A stretch of DNA of 64,000 bases from positions 1 through 64,000 of the IMG/VR virus record IMGVR_UViG_3300030330_005626. One strand, given 5' to 3'. Each line of letters starts with the position of its first letter. Positions within the stretch are counted from its first letter, which is position 1. This document shows, piece by piece, positions 26,790 through 36,123 of the stretch. This DNA comes from a virus. Its lineage: Duplodnaviria > Caudoviricetes. The translations under genes were made by a program, and so were the position numbers. The notes under the pieces are model-generated. The model saw only the letters and a list, made by a program, of their open reading frames with translations. It made no database searches and had not been told where the DNA came from.

Positions 26790-27205
26790 GTGCTACCGAA
26801 ACCTCCAGCGTCTCTTTCGGAAACGTCTAAAGATAAAACTGTTTCAAAATTCATGTCTTCACATTTTTCAAAAATTAATTGAGCGATTCGAGAAGACTTT
26901 GGTAAGCTTACAGATTCAAACTTATCAGTGTTTATTAGCACTACACCAATTTCACCATTATAGCCTGAATCTATTACGCCAGCTAAAACATCTACGCCAT
27001 TTTTTACAGCTAGTCCACTTCTAGGGGCGACCCTTCCATAAAATCCAGCAGGTATAGAAAGCTTGATGCCAGTTTTTACTACTTTTCTCTGAAGCGGCTG
27101 CAAGGAAACATCTTCGGTAGAAAACAAATCATATCCTGCGTCAGTCACATGAGACTTAGTAGGGTATCTAGAATCTGAATTTAATAATACTATTTTACAG
27201 TTCAT
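26780..27205 (-). CDS. dut: dUTPase (trimeric)
   Basis: AGYDL, PRSGLA, GVIDSGY.GE, RIAQL, GGFGSTG. Confidence 0.95.
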   Translation of the reverse strand: MNCKIVLLNSDSRYPTKSHVTDAGYDLFSTEDVSLQPLQRKVVKTGIKLSIPAGFYGRVAPRSGLAVKNGVDVLAGVIDSGYNGEIGVVLINTDKFESVSLPKSSRIAQLIFEKCEDMNFETVLSLDVSERDAGGFGSTGN

Positions 27206-27741
27206 CTTAATTCTTTCCTTAGCAGTCTCCAGCGATCACTATCTATACTTTTCTCTCCAGAGTCAATCTTTTTAATCATATCTAAAACTTCATCAATGCT
27301 ATTGTAAATATAATTATGCGGAAGCATTCCTAGAATCCATAAAGGTGTTTTAGATTTACCGCCTTCCATAGAGATAAAAATCGGCTTTTTCATTCTTACC
27401 GCAGTCACAAGTTCTTCCGCACTTCCCCAGCTTGCAACATCTGGAAGTAAATGAGCAATAATAAAATCTGATCTATCCACTAGATTAAGATCATAATTTC
27501 TAATAACGTGCATCCTTTTAGCTACGTCACCGTAATAGCCATTTTGCATATTCTCGGCCATTTTTTGACGAACGCCATCATCTTCTTCTACATCTTTAAC
27601 GAACGGTTTTCGATAAGGATTGAAGGTGATAATATTAAGTTGGTCTAATTCATCTTCTACTTGTTTTCTCCAATCTTTACCGTCAGCATATTGCATATGC
27701 CCAACAAGATAAGTTTTGGTTTTTTCAAGTAAATTACTCAT
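27202..27741 (-). CDS. Nucleoside 2-deoxyribosyltransferase-like protein
   Basis: TYLVGHM, NP, D...V..SD, SWGSAEE. Confidence 0.65.
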   Translation of the reverse strand: MSNLLEKTKTYLVGHMQYADGKDWRKQVEDELDQLNIITFNPYRKPFVKDVEEDDGVRQKMAENMQNGYYGDVAKRMHVIRNYDLNLVDRSDFIIAHLLPDVASWGSAEELVTAVRMKKPIFISMEGGKSKTPLWILGMLPHNYIYNSIDEVLDMIKKIDSGEKSIDSDRWRLLRKELR

Positions 27742-27933
27742 CTTCGTTATTTATATCCTCTAGAAGCTGAACAAGCTCGTGCATGAAATAAACCATGTAG
27801 CCCTCACCGCTGGCTTTTTGAGCTTGACCCTCTGAAATGCACTTTCTTTTAAATTGTAAATCTTCTTCTTTAGCTTTGTGAAGTATGTCTTTAGATAGCT
27901 GAAGAGCCAACTCTATTTTAGTTTTCTTTGAGG

Positions 27934-28650
27934 TCATTGGAGAGATTCTAGAATCTTTTTGGTCTGATTACAATCTTTTACGTCAAAAAAATTCCCATCA
28001 TTATTATTATTTATATTTATTTTAGCGTCGTAATCATTGCCACCCTCGAAGCCTTTATCACCAAAATAATAAATTTTATTATACATTCCAGAGTCTCTTA
28101 CCCAATCCACAGCCTGAGACTTGTTAAAACCTTTTGGTTGTATGTCTAAACTTATCATCCCTCCAATTCTTATATCTAGATTAGGGAATTCTTCAGATAA
28201 ATCATTAGCTATAGTTTCTCTTTCGGAATGGATTTTATCCCATTCGAAATATTTTTTTCTTTCGTTTTCGTTTGAGTCTCTCCCCGCGATAGAGAAATTT
28301 ATCATTCCCACTCTTTTATCAATATATTTTTTACCTTTTTGTTGGTAAGGGGATTTCATATGCCACTCTAAAAGTTTAGAAAGTAATTCTACGGAAGGCT
28401 TCCATTCTCTTTTGTATATTAATTTATTTTTAATTCTAAGTTCATTACCCATAGAGGAAAAAATACCGCGAGCTCTAGAAAAAATGCTTGAAGGTAACTG
28501 CTTTAATAAAGAATTACTAGAACTACCGCCAACCAAGAAAAAATCTTTATTTTTTGACCAGTCTAAAAATCTATAAACAAAATCCCCCTGCATTTTTTGC
28601 GTAGGAGGAGTTAGGGTTCCGTCTATGTCAAAGAGATATGCTATTTTCAT
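27934..28650 (-). CDS. HAD-IIB phosphomannomutase-like
   Basis: FDIDGTLT, GMINFS..GR, GGMISLDI.PKG, FGDK...GGNDY. Confidence 0.85.
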   Translation of the reverse strand: MKIAYLFDIDGTLTPPTQKMQGDFVYRFLDWSKNKDFFLVGGSSSNSLLKQLPSSIFSRARGIFSSMGNELRIKNKLIYKREWKPSVELLSKLLEWHMKSPYQQKGKKYIDKRVGMINFSIAGRDSNENERKKYFEWDKIHSERETIANDLSEEFPNLDIRIGGMISLDIQPKGFNKSQAVDWVRDSGMYNKIYYFGDKGFEGGNDYDAKININNNNDGNFFDVKDCNQTKKILESLQ

Positions 28651-29558
28651 TTTAATAGATTTCTAATAGCTGAAAAAATTCTTTCTCTATCGTTAATATT
28701 TCTTCTTAACCATCGTTTACTGTAAATGACTTTATTATTTACAATTTTTATTCCATCTTTTAATATAGGTGATGTTTTAAAATTACTTAATTGAGGGAAA
28801 AAAGATAAAATTTCTTCTAGTTCTAGTTTAGTTTTTATATCTTTTAATTTTTTAATTTTGGTTGTAGAGAGTCTAGATTTGTCTTGCTTGTGGACTTTTT
28901 CTTGTAAAATTTCACAAACTGCACCATAAACTGTGGGAGCTTCCAATCTTAGAAGCTTTTTTTTATATTTTTGAGTTATCACACCTTTTTTAAGACAGGC
29001 TGGGTTTTCCTTCATTGAACTACTGGTGAAAACTTTTCTTCCATCTCCGTCCCATCTTGGGCTTTTTTTAACGTTTGCTTTAGAGCCTTTTCTCCATACC
29101 GTCCCTGTAGTTTTTTGACTTTGGGCAGTTATCATATAATAATAAGTTCCATAAGACTCATAAAGATAAGGTACGCCTGAAACTTTTACTACGGGTTCTC
29201 TATTCCTTTTAGTTCTTATAAATTGAGTTATTTGACCTATTTTTTTAGAAGCCTTTTGTATTTCTTCTTGCGTAGGGTATCTTAAAATACCATTAGAATC
29301 TTCAATTATCTGGTCGGCATCCTTTTTGATAAAAAAATTATTCTGAGCTAAATGTGTATTAAAATTGCGAGTAAATTTTATTTCATTGTCGGGGTTATCA
29401 AGAGTTAAAACAACTCTAGCTTTTCCTGCGAGTTGACCCTTTTCAACTTTTTTATAAAACCAATATTTTGCCCTATTAACAGCTTCTTTTCTGCTTAAAG
29501 CATTAACCTCATGAAGTAATTTATCTTTATAGTAAACTCTATATTTTTTAAATGCCAT
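28647..29558 (-). CDS. Lys-rich hypothetical protein
   Basis: 303-aa ORF. Confidence 0.6.
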   Translation of the reverse strand: MAFKKYRVYYKDKLLHEVNALSRKEAVNRAKYWFYKKVEKGQLAGKARVVLTLDNPDNEIKFTRNFNTHLAQNNFFIKKDADQIIEDSNGILRYPTQEEIQKASKKIGQITQFIRTKRNREPVVKVSGVPYLYESYGTYYYMITAQSQKTTGTVWRKGSKANVKKSPRWDGDGRKVFTSSSMKENPACLKKGVITQKYKKKLLRLEAPTVYGAVCEILQEKVHKQDKSRLSTTKIKKLKDIKTKLELEEILSFFPQLSNFKTSPILKDGIKIVNNKVIYSKRWLRRNINDRERIFSAIRNLLK

Positions 29559-29893
29559 TACTTTTTCTTCTTTGGTTTTGTTCGAGGGGGAGCATGAAAA
29601 AGTCTTTTGGGTAATCTCCAGCCATTTTGATATAAAAAGTTACTGCATACGTCTGCAAATCTTGCTATGTCAGTCTCAGATTTATCCCAAAAAAAAGCAT
29701 GAGCTATCTCATGAATACTTGTGTTTAGCTCCGACTTTTTAGTAAGATAAGGGTTGATATAAATTTTTGGATCAGGCTCGCTTGGGTCTAAACATAAGCC
29801 GTCTACTATTTCACCGTAAGCTTTGTGAGGTTTTCGAAAAACGATTTCGTACTCTACGCCTTTAGTGTTTGTAAATCTAAAGTTTTCTTTCAT
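29558..29893 (-). CDS. HExxH zincin-like metallopeptidase domain protein
   Basis: DGLC...IYI...IHEIAHA. Confidence 0.65.
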   Translation of the reverse strand: MKENFRFTNTKGVEYEIVFRKPHKAYGEIVDGLCLDPSEPDPKIYINPYLTKKSELNTSIHEIAHAFFWDKSETDIARFADVCSNFLYQNGWRLPKRLFHAPPRTKPKKKK

Positions 29894-30231
29894 TAAGAAT
29901 CTTGGTCTTCAATATCTTTTATTTTATCTATTTTAAAACCAATATTTTTAATCCCTAATTTCAATCCAGATTTTTCTAGAACATCAACTTTATTTTGAAA
30001 AGACTGGAGTTCTCTGTTCTCCCATTCGCCTTTCAATAGAAGGTATTTAAGTTTATTTTGTAAATCTTCTTTTGCTATTTCGAACTCCTCTACAGAGTAT
30101 TCTCCTGAGGCGTTTTTATCTTCCATTTCAGAACACTCAGACATGACTTTTAACATTTCAGCCTTCCACCAACCGATGGTATCGTGAAGCATTTCTGCTT
30201 GTTTTTTAAGCTTGCTTTTTATTTCTTCCAT
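29893..30231 (-). CDS. Coiled-coil hypothetical protein
   Basis: 112-aa ORF. Confidence 0.55.
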   Translation of the reverse strand: MEEIKSKLKKQAEMLHDTIGWWKAEMLKVMSECSEMEDKNASGEYSVEEFEIAKEDLQNKLKYLLLKGEWENRELQSFQNKVDVLEKSGLKLGIKNIGFKIDKIKDIEDQDS

Positions 30232-30301
30232 AGCTTGAGTTTAATGTTCTAATTGTTAGCTTTCTTGTATTATGGGGCTTTTTTACCGTAAAGTCAAGCT
30301 T

Positions 30302-30538
30302 TTATCTCCAGTTGCAGAAGCTAGTAGATATTCCTTTGGGGTCTATTTTTTTTCTTAAAAGTAAGCTAGAGCATCTGTTTAACTCTACCATTAATTCTCT
30401 ATCAGAAATTTCTTTGTTTTTAGAAAGCTCGTCCATGTAGTCTTGAAAATTATAGAAGGCGGTTCTCCAAGGAACCCAATAAGCTGAAACGTTATCTTCG
30501 AAAACATCTTTTAAATCATCAACAAGGTTTTTTCTCAT
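30302..30538 (-). CDS. Hypothetical protein
   Basis: GTGTA-N10-ATG. Confidence 0.55.
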   Translation of the reverse strand: MRKNLVDDLKDVFEDNVSAYWVPWRTAFYNFQDYMDELSKNKEISDRELMVELNRCSSLLLRKKIDPKGISTSFCNWR

Positions 30539-30554
30539 TAATTATAATTACACT

Positions 30555-30872
30555 TTATTTTGACTCAAGCTCTCTAATTTTAGCTACTAAATCATCTATA
30601 ACTGCGGCTCTGGCTTCTAGTTCAGGCATAGCTTGATCTACTAACGAAGCTAATTGTTCGTTTATTATTTTTAAAGCTTCAACCTCTTGTTTGTAATGTT
30701 TTAAATTGTGTTTTAATTCAGATATGTTTTTATCCTTTTTAGAAGAAATAATCTTGAGCTCAGATATATTTTTATCAATAGAGCTCCTCTTACCGAGGTT
30801 TATTAAATAACCCAAGGTAAAAGATATTAAGATAGTGAATATGAAAGCGGTAATTCTTAAAGCATGATTCAT
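30555..30872 (-). CDS. Membrane-anchored coiled-coil protein
   Basis: TM + heptads; GTGTA-N9-ATG. Confidence 0.6.
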   Translation of the reverse strand: MNHALRITAFIFTILISFTLGYLINLGKRSSIDKNISELKIISSKKDKNISELKHNLKHYKQEVEALKIINEQLASLVDQAMPELEARAAVIDDLVAKIRELESK

Positions 30873-30895
30873 GCCTTGTATTACACTTTATTTTA

Positions 30896-32410
30896 TTAAA
30901 TATCTCCGTCAGCCGCTCTATAACTTTGCTTCACTTTGCCGCCGCGTTTCATCTTTAGAAACATATTAACGCGAGCCATAGCCCAAGAACCTCGACTTTG
31001 ACCTGGTCTGTGTGACCCAGAAAAAGCTCCAGCCCCTCTGCGGTAAACTTTTTTCAACTGAGAAAGTGTTACCTTCTTGGAATATTTAGAATTATGCTCT
31101 TTAACCTTGTTTCTTAAAGCGAGGGTAGTTTTTTCGGAAAAGGTTATAGCTGGCCCACTTTTACCAGCGCTTCCTTTTTTGTTTCTGGAAGAGCCTCTTC
31201 TTCTTTCGCTAGGTGCCGCTGGGGTTTGCGCGGCGGATTTTGGTCCTCTTCTCTTAGCTGCTGAAGATTCAAAATCGGACTCGTTTAAATGATCTTTACA
31301 TTTAACCTCATCTTCTAGGGTCATAACTTCAGAGTATTCTTCTTCGCTCATATCGTATGAAGAGTTGATCTCTTCGTATTCAGCGTCAGAGTTTTTATAA
31401 CTCATGTAATCATAAGCTGCTTCAACAAAGTGTTCGGCTTTTGAGATTTTATCTTGAACCCAAGCCATAATATTTGCATCTTCAGGCATTGCAGCCATCA
31501 TTACGGCTAGTTCACTTGATAATTTAGAGATTTTTCTAAGCTGGGCTTCAGCCATGCTAACTTCATGATCTTCACTATCGGCCTTGGCTTTTTTCATTTG
31601 TTCTGGAGTGGGAGCCCCTTCTTCCCCCTTCTTTCTCATTTTTTCTCCTGAGCCGCTTTTGATTCTTTTTCTTTTCTCGTGAATGTTTTTCCAAAGACTA
31701 GCATACTTTTCTTCCATACTTTCTTCCTCTGAGGCTTTTCCCTGCTTTTTTAGTATGGCTTTTTGTAGGGCGACAGGAAGCTTTTTCTGTTTTTCGGTTA
31801 AGCCTTTGGTTGGCTTGTCGTCTTTAGAGTCTTTTTTATTCTCCTCTTTTTTCTTGTCGCCCTCATTTTCCTCGTCTTCCTTCTTAGGGCTTTTGCCTTG
31901 CTTTTTAAGTATCGCTTTTTGCAGGGCGGGTGGAAGCTTCTTTTGTTTCTCGGTTAGCGCAGCTTCACTTTCTTCATCTGAGCGCCCACAACCATTGTCG
32001 CACTTACAATCATCGTCTTCTGTTATCTCTTCCTCAACAAAAGCCAAGGCTGGGTTAACGCTTAAAAGCTGGTCAAAGTCATAAATAGTTTCTCCATCCC
32101 AATCTTCAGAGCCTTTTGTGTAATCTGTTACAGATTTTTTAGCTTCCCACATCTTACAAGACCAGTATCGAGCTTTTGTTTTGGGACCAGGATTATCGCA
32201 GTTATGTCTTGCTCTGAAATTCTTTCTACGATCTGGATCATCGCGTTTAATTTCCATATTTGGGTCACCAAAGTTCACTTTTACAACGTTTCCTTTTTCG
32301 TTTTTAACGTAAACGGAGAACTTTTTAGGCCCATTAGGGGTTCTAAAAGGCTTGTTTAGAGTCTTCTTCTCTTTAGCCTCTACCAAGTATTTAGATAAAT
32401 CGATTTCCAT
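30896..32410 (-). CDS. Modular virion-associated-type protein: small basic domains joined by acidic linkers
   Basis: KVNFGD...FRARHNC...YWSC..W module, duplicated LTEKQKKLPxALQKAILKKQGK, WVQDKI module, VYRRG.GA...WAMARVN module. Confidence 0.75.
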   Translation of the reverse strand: MEIDLSKYLVEAKEKKTLNKPFRTPNGPKKFSVYVKNEKGNVVKVNFGDPNMEIKRDDPDRRKNFRARHNCDNPGPKTKARYWSCKMWEAKKSVTDYTKGSEDWDGETIYDFDQLLSVNPALAFVEEEITEDDDCKCDNGCGRSDEESEAALTEKQKKLPPALQKAILKKQGKSPKKEDEENEGDKKKEENKKDSKDDKPTKGLTEKQKKLPVALQKAILKKQGKASEEESMEEKYASLWKNIHEKRKRIKSGSGEKMRKKGEEGAPTPEQMKKAKADSEDHEVSMAEAQLRKISKLSSELAVMMAAMPEDANIMAWVQDKISKAEHFVEAAYDYMSYKNSDAEYEEINSSYDMSEEEYSEVMTLEDEVKCKDHLNESDFESSAAKRRGPKSAAQTPAAPSERRRGSSRNKKGSAGKSGPAITFSEKTTLALRNKVKEHNSKYSKKVTLSQLKKVYRRGAGAFSGSHRPGQSRGSWAMARVNMFLKMKRGGKVKQSYRAADGDI

Positions 32411-32423
32411 ATGTTAAATAATA

Positions 32424-32440
32424 TACACTTTTAAAGTGTA
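32424..32440. promoter_or_regulatory. Back-to-back GTGTA promoter motifs (TACACTTTTAAAGTGTA) driving divergent genes
   Basis: 13 nt to ATG 32410 (minus) and 9 nt to ATG 32450 (plus). Confidence 0.6.
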
Positions 32441-32449
32441 TTATACAGT

Positions 32450-32782
32450 ATGAATCTTATTATTAATGCAGAATTATCCTCTGATCCGCCGTCAGAAGGG
32501 CTTTTTTTTAGATTCTTAACTATGGTAGCAAAAAAAGACCTAGAGTATTACGTTTTACTTGAATCTGAGAAGGAAAAAATTGACTTACATTATAATTTTT
32601 TAACAAAAAAAGGCTGGTTTGATTATGTCGATGAAATTGTGCAGCCAGAATGGAAGGAGGAAGGGGTTAGGTTAGACACGGATTATAATTACCCTTTGAC
32701 TGTAAAAACTGAATATATACGCTGCGAAAACACTAATTTAATTATTGGTCAGTTAAAGTGTTTGAGAAATATTACTCGTTGA
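32450..32782 (+). CDS. Hypothetical protein (possible degenerate HAD fold)
   Basis: 110-aa ORF behind GTGTA motif. Confidence 0.55.
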   Translation: MNLIINAELSSDPPSEGLFFRFLTMVAKKDLEYYVLLESEKEKIDLHYNFLTKKGWFDYVDEIVQPEWKEEGVRLDTDYNYPLTVKTEYIRCENTNLIIGQLKCLRNITR

Positions 32783-32948
32783 TTATTTCACAGTGTATTT
32801 CAATATCAGCGTTTATAAAACCTTCCTCATGAAGATATTCAAGGAGTAAAATAGCGTAATCATCAGAAACTACGTTTTCAGGGTCGTATATCTTAACCTT
32901 TTTTTTGTAAACTACAATGTCTGTACCTAAAACTTTAAGCTTTTTCAT
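32772..32948 (-). CDS. 58-aa protein (LEYLHEEGFI), probable paralog of 8486-8695; not in ORF track
   Basis: Hand translation; GTGTA-N9-ATG. Confidence 0.55.
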   Translation of the reverse strand: MKKLKVLGTDIVVYKKKVKIYDPENVVSDDYAILLLEYLHEEGFINADIEIHCEIINE

Positions 32949-32969
32949 AACTATATATACACTAAAAAC

Positions 32970-33476
32970 TTGTTAAAAATGAAAGACGAAATGAAAATCA
33001 ATTTAAGTAAAGCATCAAAAAGAGATGTTTTAGTAAGAGATGCAAGAATACTAATATTAATATTAGCATTGGGTATTATTTTTCACTTATCTTTTCTTTG
33101 GCTGTCTATTGATGGAGAAAGTATGTTTGACACTTACTCAGACGGAGAAGAAGTATTGGTAAATAAAGTCAGCCACAAAATTATAAAATTAAGTAGGGGA
33201 GATGTGATAGCATTCTCAAATGATGACGGCAAAGAGATACTTGTGAAAAGGATCATTGGTATGCCAAATGAAAAAATAAAAACTTTTAACGGCCAAATAT
33301 TTATAGATGATGTACTCTACGAAGACGAGTTCTCAGAAAGAAACGACGAGTATTCTTTTGGTTATGTTAATTACACACTAAAACGAGACGAATATTGGGT
33401 CGTTGGCGATAATAGATCAAACACTTGGAGCGGCAAAATAAAAAAAGAGAATATTATAGGGGTTATTCTAAACTAA
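32970..33476 (+). CDS. Signal peptidase I (S26)
   Basis: TM, GESM..T, RGDVI, VKRIIGMP, GDNR.N. Confidence 0.85.
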   Translation: MLKMKDEMKINLSKASKRDVLVRDARILILILALGIIFHLSFLWLSIDGESMFDTYSDGEEVLVNKVSHKIIKLSRGDVIAFSNDDGKEILVKRIIGMPNEKIKTFNGQIFIDDVLYEDEFSERNDEYSFGYVNYTLKRDEYWVVGDNRSNTWSGKIKKENIIGVILN

Positions 33477-33691
33477 AAAACTATAATACTATTACTTTTA
33501 GAGAAGTTCTCTAAGGCGTAAGTAGTCCAGTCGATAGAAGCCTTAGACTTTTTAGCTCTATCGTATTGAGAATAACACACTGCCGCCCTTTGACTTTGAT
33601 TTGTAAACTCTTTCCGCATGGTTGAGTCAGCCATGCAGGAGTTAATAAATTCGTCTTTACTCTGTTCTTTTTTAGGGGATGGCAGTGGCAT
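33473..33691 (-). CDS. Small phage protein (MPLP.P...E...EFI..CM...EF...QR.AVC)
   Basis: Recognisable module, often head-associated (recollection). Confidence 0.65.
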   Translation of the reverse strand: MPLPSPKKEQSKDEFINSCMADSTMRKEFTNQSQRAAVCYSQYDRAKKSKASIDWTTYALENFSKSNSIIVF

Positions 33692-33695
33692 TTAT

Positions 33696-34880
33696 TTACC
33701 TTTCATGTGAGCTAATTATATGATTGTAGCTCTTTGTAAATACACTTTTATCTTTTAAGTGTGAGTTATTTTTTCTCACTAGCTCTTCAAGGTTTCCTTG
33801 GTCTTTAATATTATTCGAGAGCATTACATTTGGTTTTTTAGGGTCAAGCTTCAAGTTTGAAAAAAGCAAGAAGTTAGTTTTATGTGCTGTTTTTCCGCTT
33901 TCAGAAATGCATTCCACCATTCTATTGTAAGAAGAAGAGCTTTCATGTCGATTCTTAACCACAAACAATTTCATAGCATCCCAATCTTTATTGAATTTTT
34001 CTTTTTTTAGGATAGCCGCAAAAGAAGCATTATTAACAACTTCAATTTTTGAAGCTTCAGCTATTTCAGGCTCTTTAGCTAACGTAGAAGTCGTTATTAC
34101 AACACAGTTATAATCTCTAGCGATCTTCCCTAAGTCGTTAAGTAAAACTGGACATTGAACTCCATCAAAAAATAAAACTCTAACATTTGGGTTAGGCAAG
34201 GAATCAATAGCTTCACTTATCCACTTGTAATACCATCCAGATTGATGTTGCTCATCGAATTGTTTGTGGTAAAAACTATGGTAGTTCTCCGAGAAGTTTT
34301 GAGCTTCTTTTTTTATATTTTTTGAGCCTTTTAAAAATCTTTTATAGAAACTCTCAGATGTGTATTCTTTATCAAAATAAATAAAAGAATTTACATTTTT
34401 TTTCTGGTAAACCTGCCAGTGATTAAAGGCTCCGAGAATAAGGCTACTTTGGGCGGCTTGTGTTTTTGACCATTCCTTTAAACTATCCTTGCATTTAAAA
34501 TCAACAATACTTTTTAATGTTTCCTCTGGCCAGCCATAGGCGTATGCTGCTCCAGATTTGGGGTATTTTTCAACCCACTCTTCTTTAACCTCTTCAAGAT
34601 TTGTTTTACACATTTGCTTGACTAGGTTCATTAAGAATGAACTTTTAGAGGTGTTATCTTTACCTAGAAAAGAGTACACATACCCATAAGTAAACCCACT
34701 ACCAAGGCAATCGTCTAAATTTTTATAACCTGAAGGAATTGACTCCTCATTCTCTTGAATATCCCAGCCCTGAGAAAGAAGATCGTGTAGGCTTTTGGTT
34801 TGATTGTGATAATTTTTATTTACCGAGCGACTTCCTTTAGAAGCGGTGTTTTCGAAAGATTCTAAATATGTTTCTGACAT
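33696..34880 (-). CDS. Degenerate DnaB/RecA-fold protein, probably inactive
   Basis: IPSGYKNLD..LG.GF, altered Walker A GKDNTSKS, VKNRH. Confidence 0.55.
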   Translation of the reverse strand: MSETYLESFENTASKGSRSVNKNYHNQTKSLHDLLSQGWDIQENEESIPSGYKNLDDCLGSGFTYGYVYSFLGKDNTSKSSFLMNLVKQMCKTNLEEVKEEWVEKYPKSGAAYAYGWPEETLKSIVDFKCKDSLKEWSKTQAAQSSLILGAFNHWQVYQKKNVNSFIYFDKEYTSESFYKRFLKGSKNIKKEAQNFSENYHSFYHKQFDEQHQSGWYYKWISEAIDSLPNPNVRVLFFDGVQCPVLLNDLGKIARDYNCVVITTSTLAKEPEIAEASKIEVVNNASFAAILKKEKFNKDWDAMKLFVVKNRHESSSSYNRMVECISESGKTAHKTNFLLFSNLKLDPKKPNVMLSNNIKDQGNLEELVRKNNSHLKDKSVFTKSYNHIISSHER

Positions 34881-34976
34881 AATATGTAATGTTTGTGCCT
34901 TTTCGGCGTTAGTGGGCTTTTAGCCCGTTTCAATTAAAATAAATCAATTTTAAAAATAAGTCAACACAAAAACACT

Positions 34977-35831
34977 TTAATAACTTACCGCTCGACCTTT
35001 ACCATTTTCCCAATCTTTATCTGGTCTGTCATGTTTTTCGTTTCTTTCTTTGGTGGCTTTCAAAATATAGTTTTTGACTTTAGATTTCTTCATTTGGAAA
35101 ACTAGAGAATTTACGTCCTTTGGAAAGCAAGTCCCGCCGTAACCTCTTTTACCGTCTTTACCTGGTACTTGGCTGTGGCTCTCGCCTATTCTGGGGTCGC
35201 AAGCTATCAGCTTTCTAACCGTTGGAAAATTTAAATTATTTTTCAGGCAAAACTCTTCTATCTCATTAAAAAAAGAAACCTTCGTAGCTAAAAAAGTATT
35301 TCTACCGTATTTTACTAACTCGGCGTTGCTTGTTGAGGTGAACGTTACCATGCAATTGGATATCGCATCATTATTGGTGGCAAGCTTAATTAATTCGTAA
35401 ATTTGTTCAACTAAATTTTCATTTTGATCTATTTTACATATGCCAAAAATTCTGTGGTCATTTTCTTTGAAATCTTTTGCCCAGTTTTTTTCGGTTAAAA
35501 ACTCTGGCATAAAATTAACGCCAAGAGATTCGCATGTACCTACGGGAACTGTAGACCTAACGATTATTTTATTTTTTTGTATTCTATTTTTTTGGCAATC
35601 CTTGATGACGTTTTTTAAAATAGATAAGTCGCACGAGCCATTTTTTTTCATTGGTGTTGGCACGGCTACAAAAACAAAATCGCAATCTTTTAAATCTTTA
35701 AGCTTTGTGCCTTTTGGGTAACATCTATTTTCATCTTTGTCGTACCACAAACAGTCTATACCTTCTGATTTTAGCAATCCAGTTGCGCGACCCACATATC
35801 CATTGCCTACGATTCCTATTTTGAAACTCAT
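34977..35831 (-). CDS. UDP-glucose/GDP-mannose dehydrogenase family
   Basis: GNGYVG, VPTP, RSTVPVG, PEFL.E, GYGGTCFPKD; start placed at 35831 below terminator. Confidence 0.88.
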   Translation of the reverse strand: MSFKIGIVGNGYVGRATGLLKSEGIDCLWYDKDENRCYPKGTKLKDLKDCDFVFVAVPTPMKKNGSCDLSILKNVIKDCQKNRIQKNKIIVRSTVPVGTCESLGVNFMPEFLTEKNWAKDFKENDHRIFGICKIDQNENLVEQIYELIKLATNNDAISNCMVTFTSTSNAELVKYGRNTFLATKVSFFNEIEEFCLKNNLNFPTVRKLIACDPRIGESHSQVPGKDGKRGYGGTCFPKDVNSLVFQMKKSKVKNYILKATKERNEKHDRPDKDWENGKGRAVSY

Positions 35832-35868
35832 TAAAAAGATTATGTTTTGTTTTTTGAAATTTATCAAC

Positions 35869-35892
35869 AAAAAAACCCCGCCGAAGCGGGGC
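35869..35892 (-). terminator. Intrinsic terminator with cUUCGg loop
   Basis: CCCCGC-TTCG-GCGGGG-T7. Confidence 0.8.
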
Positions 35893-35907
35893 TTAGTGTT
35901 TGTTGGG

Positions 35908-36093
35908 TTAGGATACTGGAATCAGATTTGTAAGCTTTAAGATAACATACCCAGTAAACAAAACGTTTAACGCTAATAGAACCAACGCCACTCTAGCGTA
36001 GTTGGTATTTACGGTGAACGCCTTTGAGGCTCTAGATGCTGTCTTAGTTTTGGCTCTACTTGAGGTTCTTTTACTTTTTTTACTATTTGTCAT
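35908..36093 (-). CDS. Small membrane protein with basic N-terminus
   Basis: C-terminal TM. Confidence 0.55.
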   Translation of the reverse strand: MTNSKKSKRTSSRAKTKTASRASKAFTVNTNYARVALVLLALNVLFTGYVILKLTNLIPVS

Positions 36094-36123
36094 ACAGTTT
36101 TTATACTATTTATTTTTTTAATG

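Noticed and set aside
31077-32084. Plus-strand ORFs antisense to the 504-aa gene (and similar shadow ORFs opposite nrdA, recA, dnaG, dnaE)
   Set aside because: S/F/L-rich mirror translations of K/E-rich coding strands
35832-35870. N-terminal extension of the UDP-sugar dehydrogenase in the ORF track
   Set aside because: Overlaps the terminator tail and the promoter TTGATA-N17-CATAAT; ATG 35831 fits the Rossmann start
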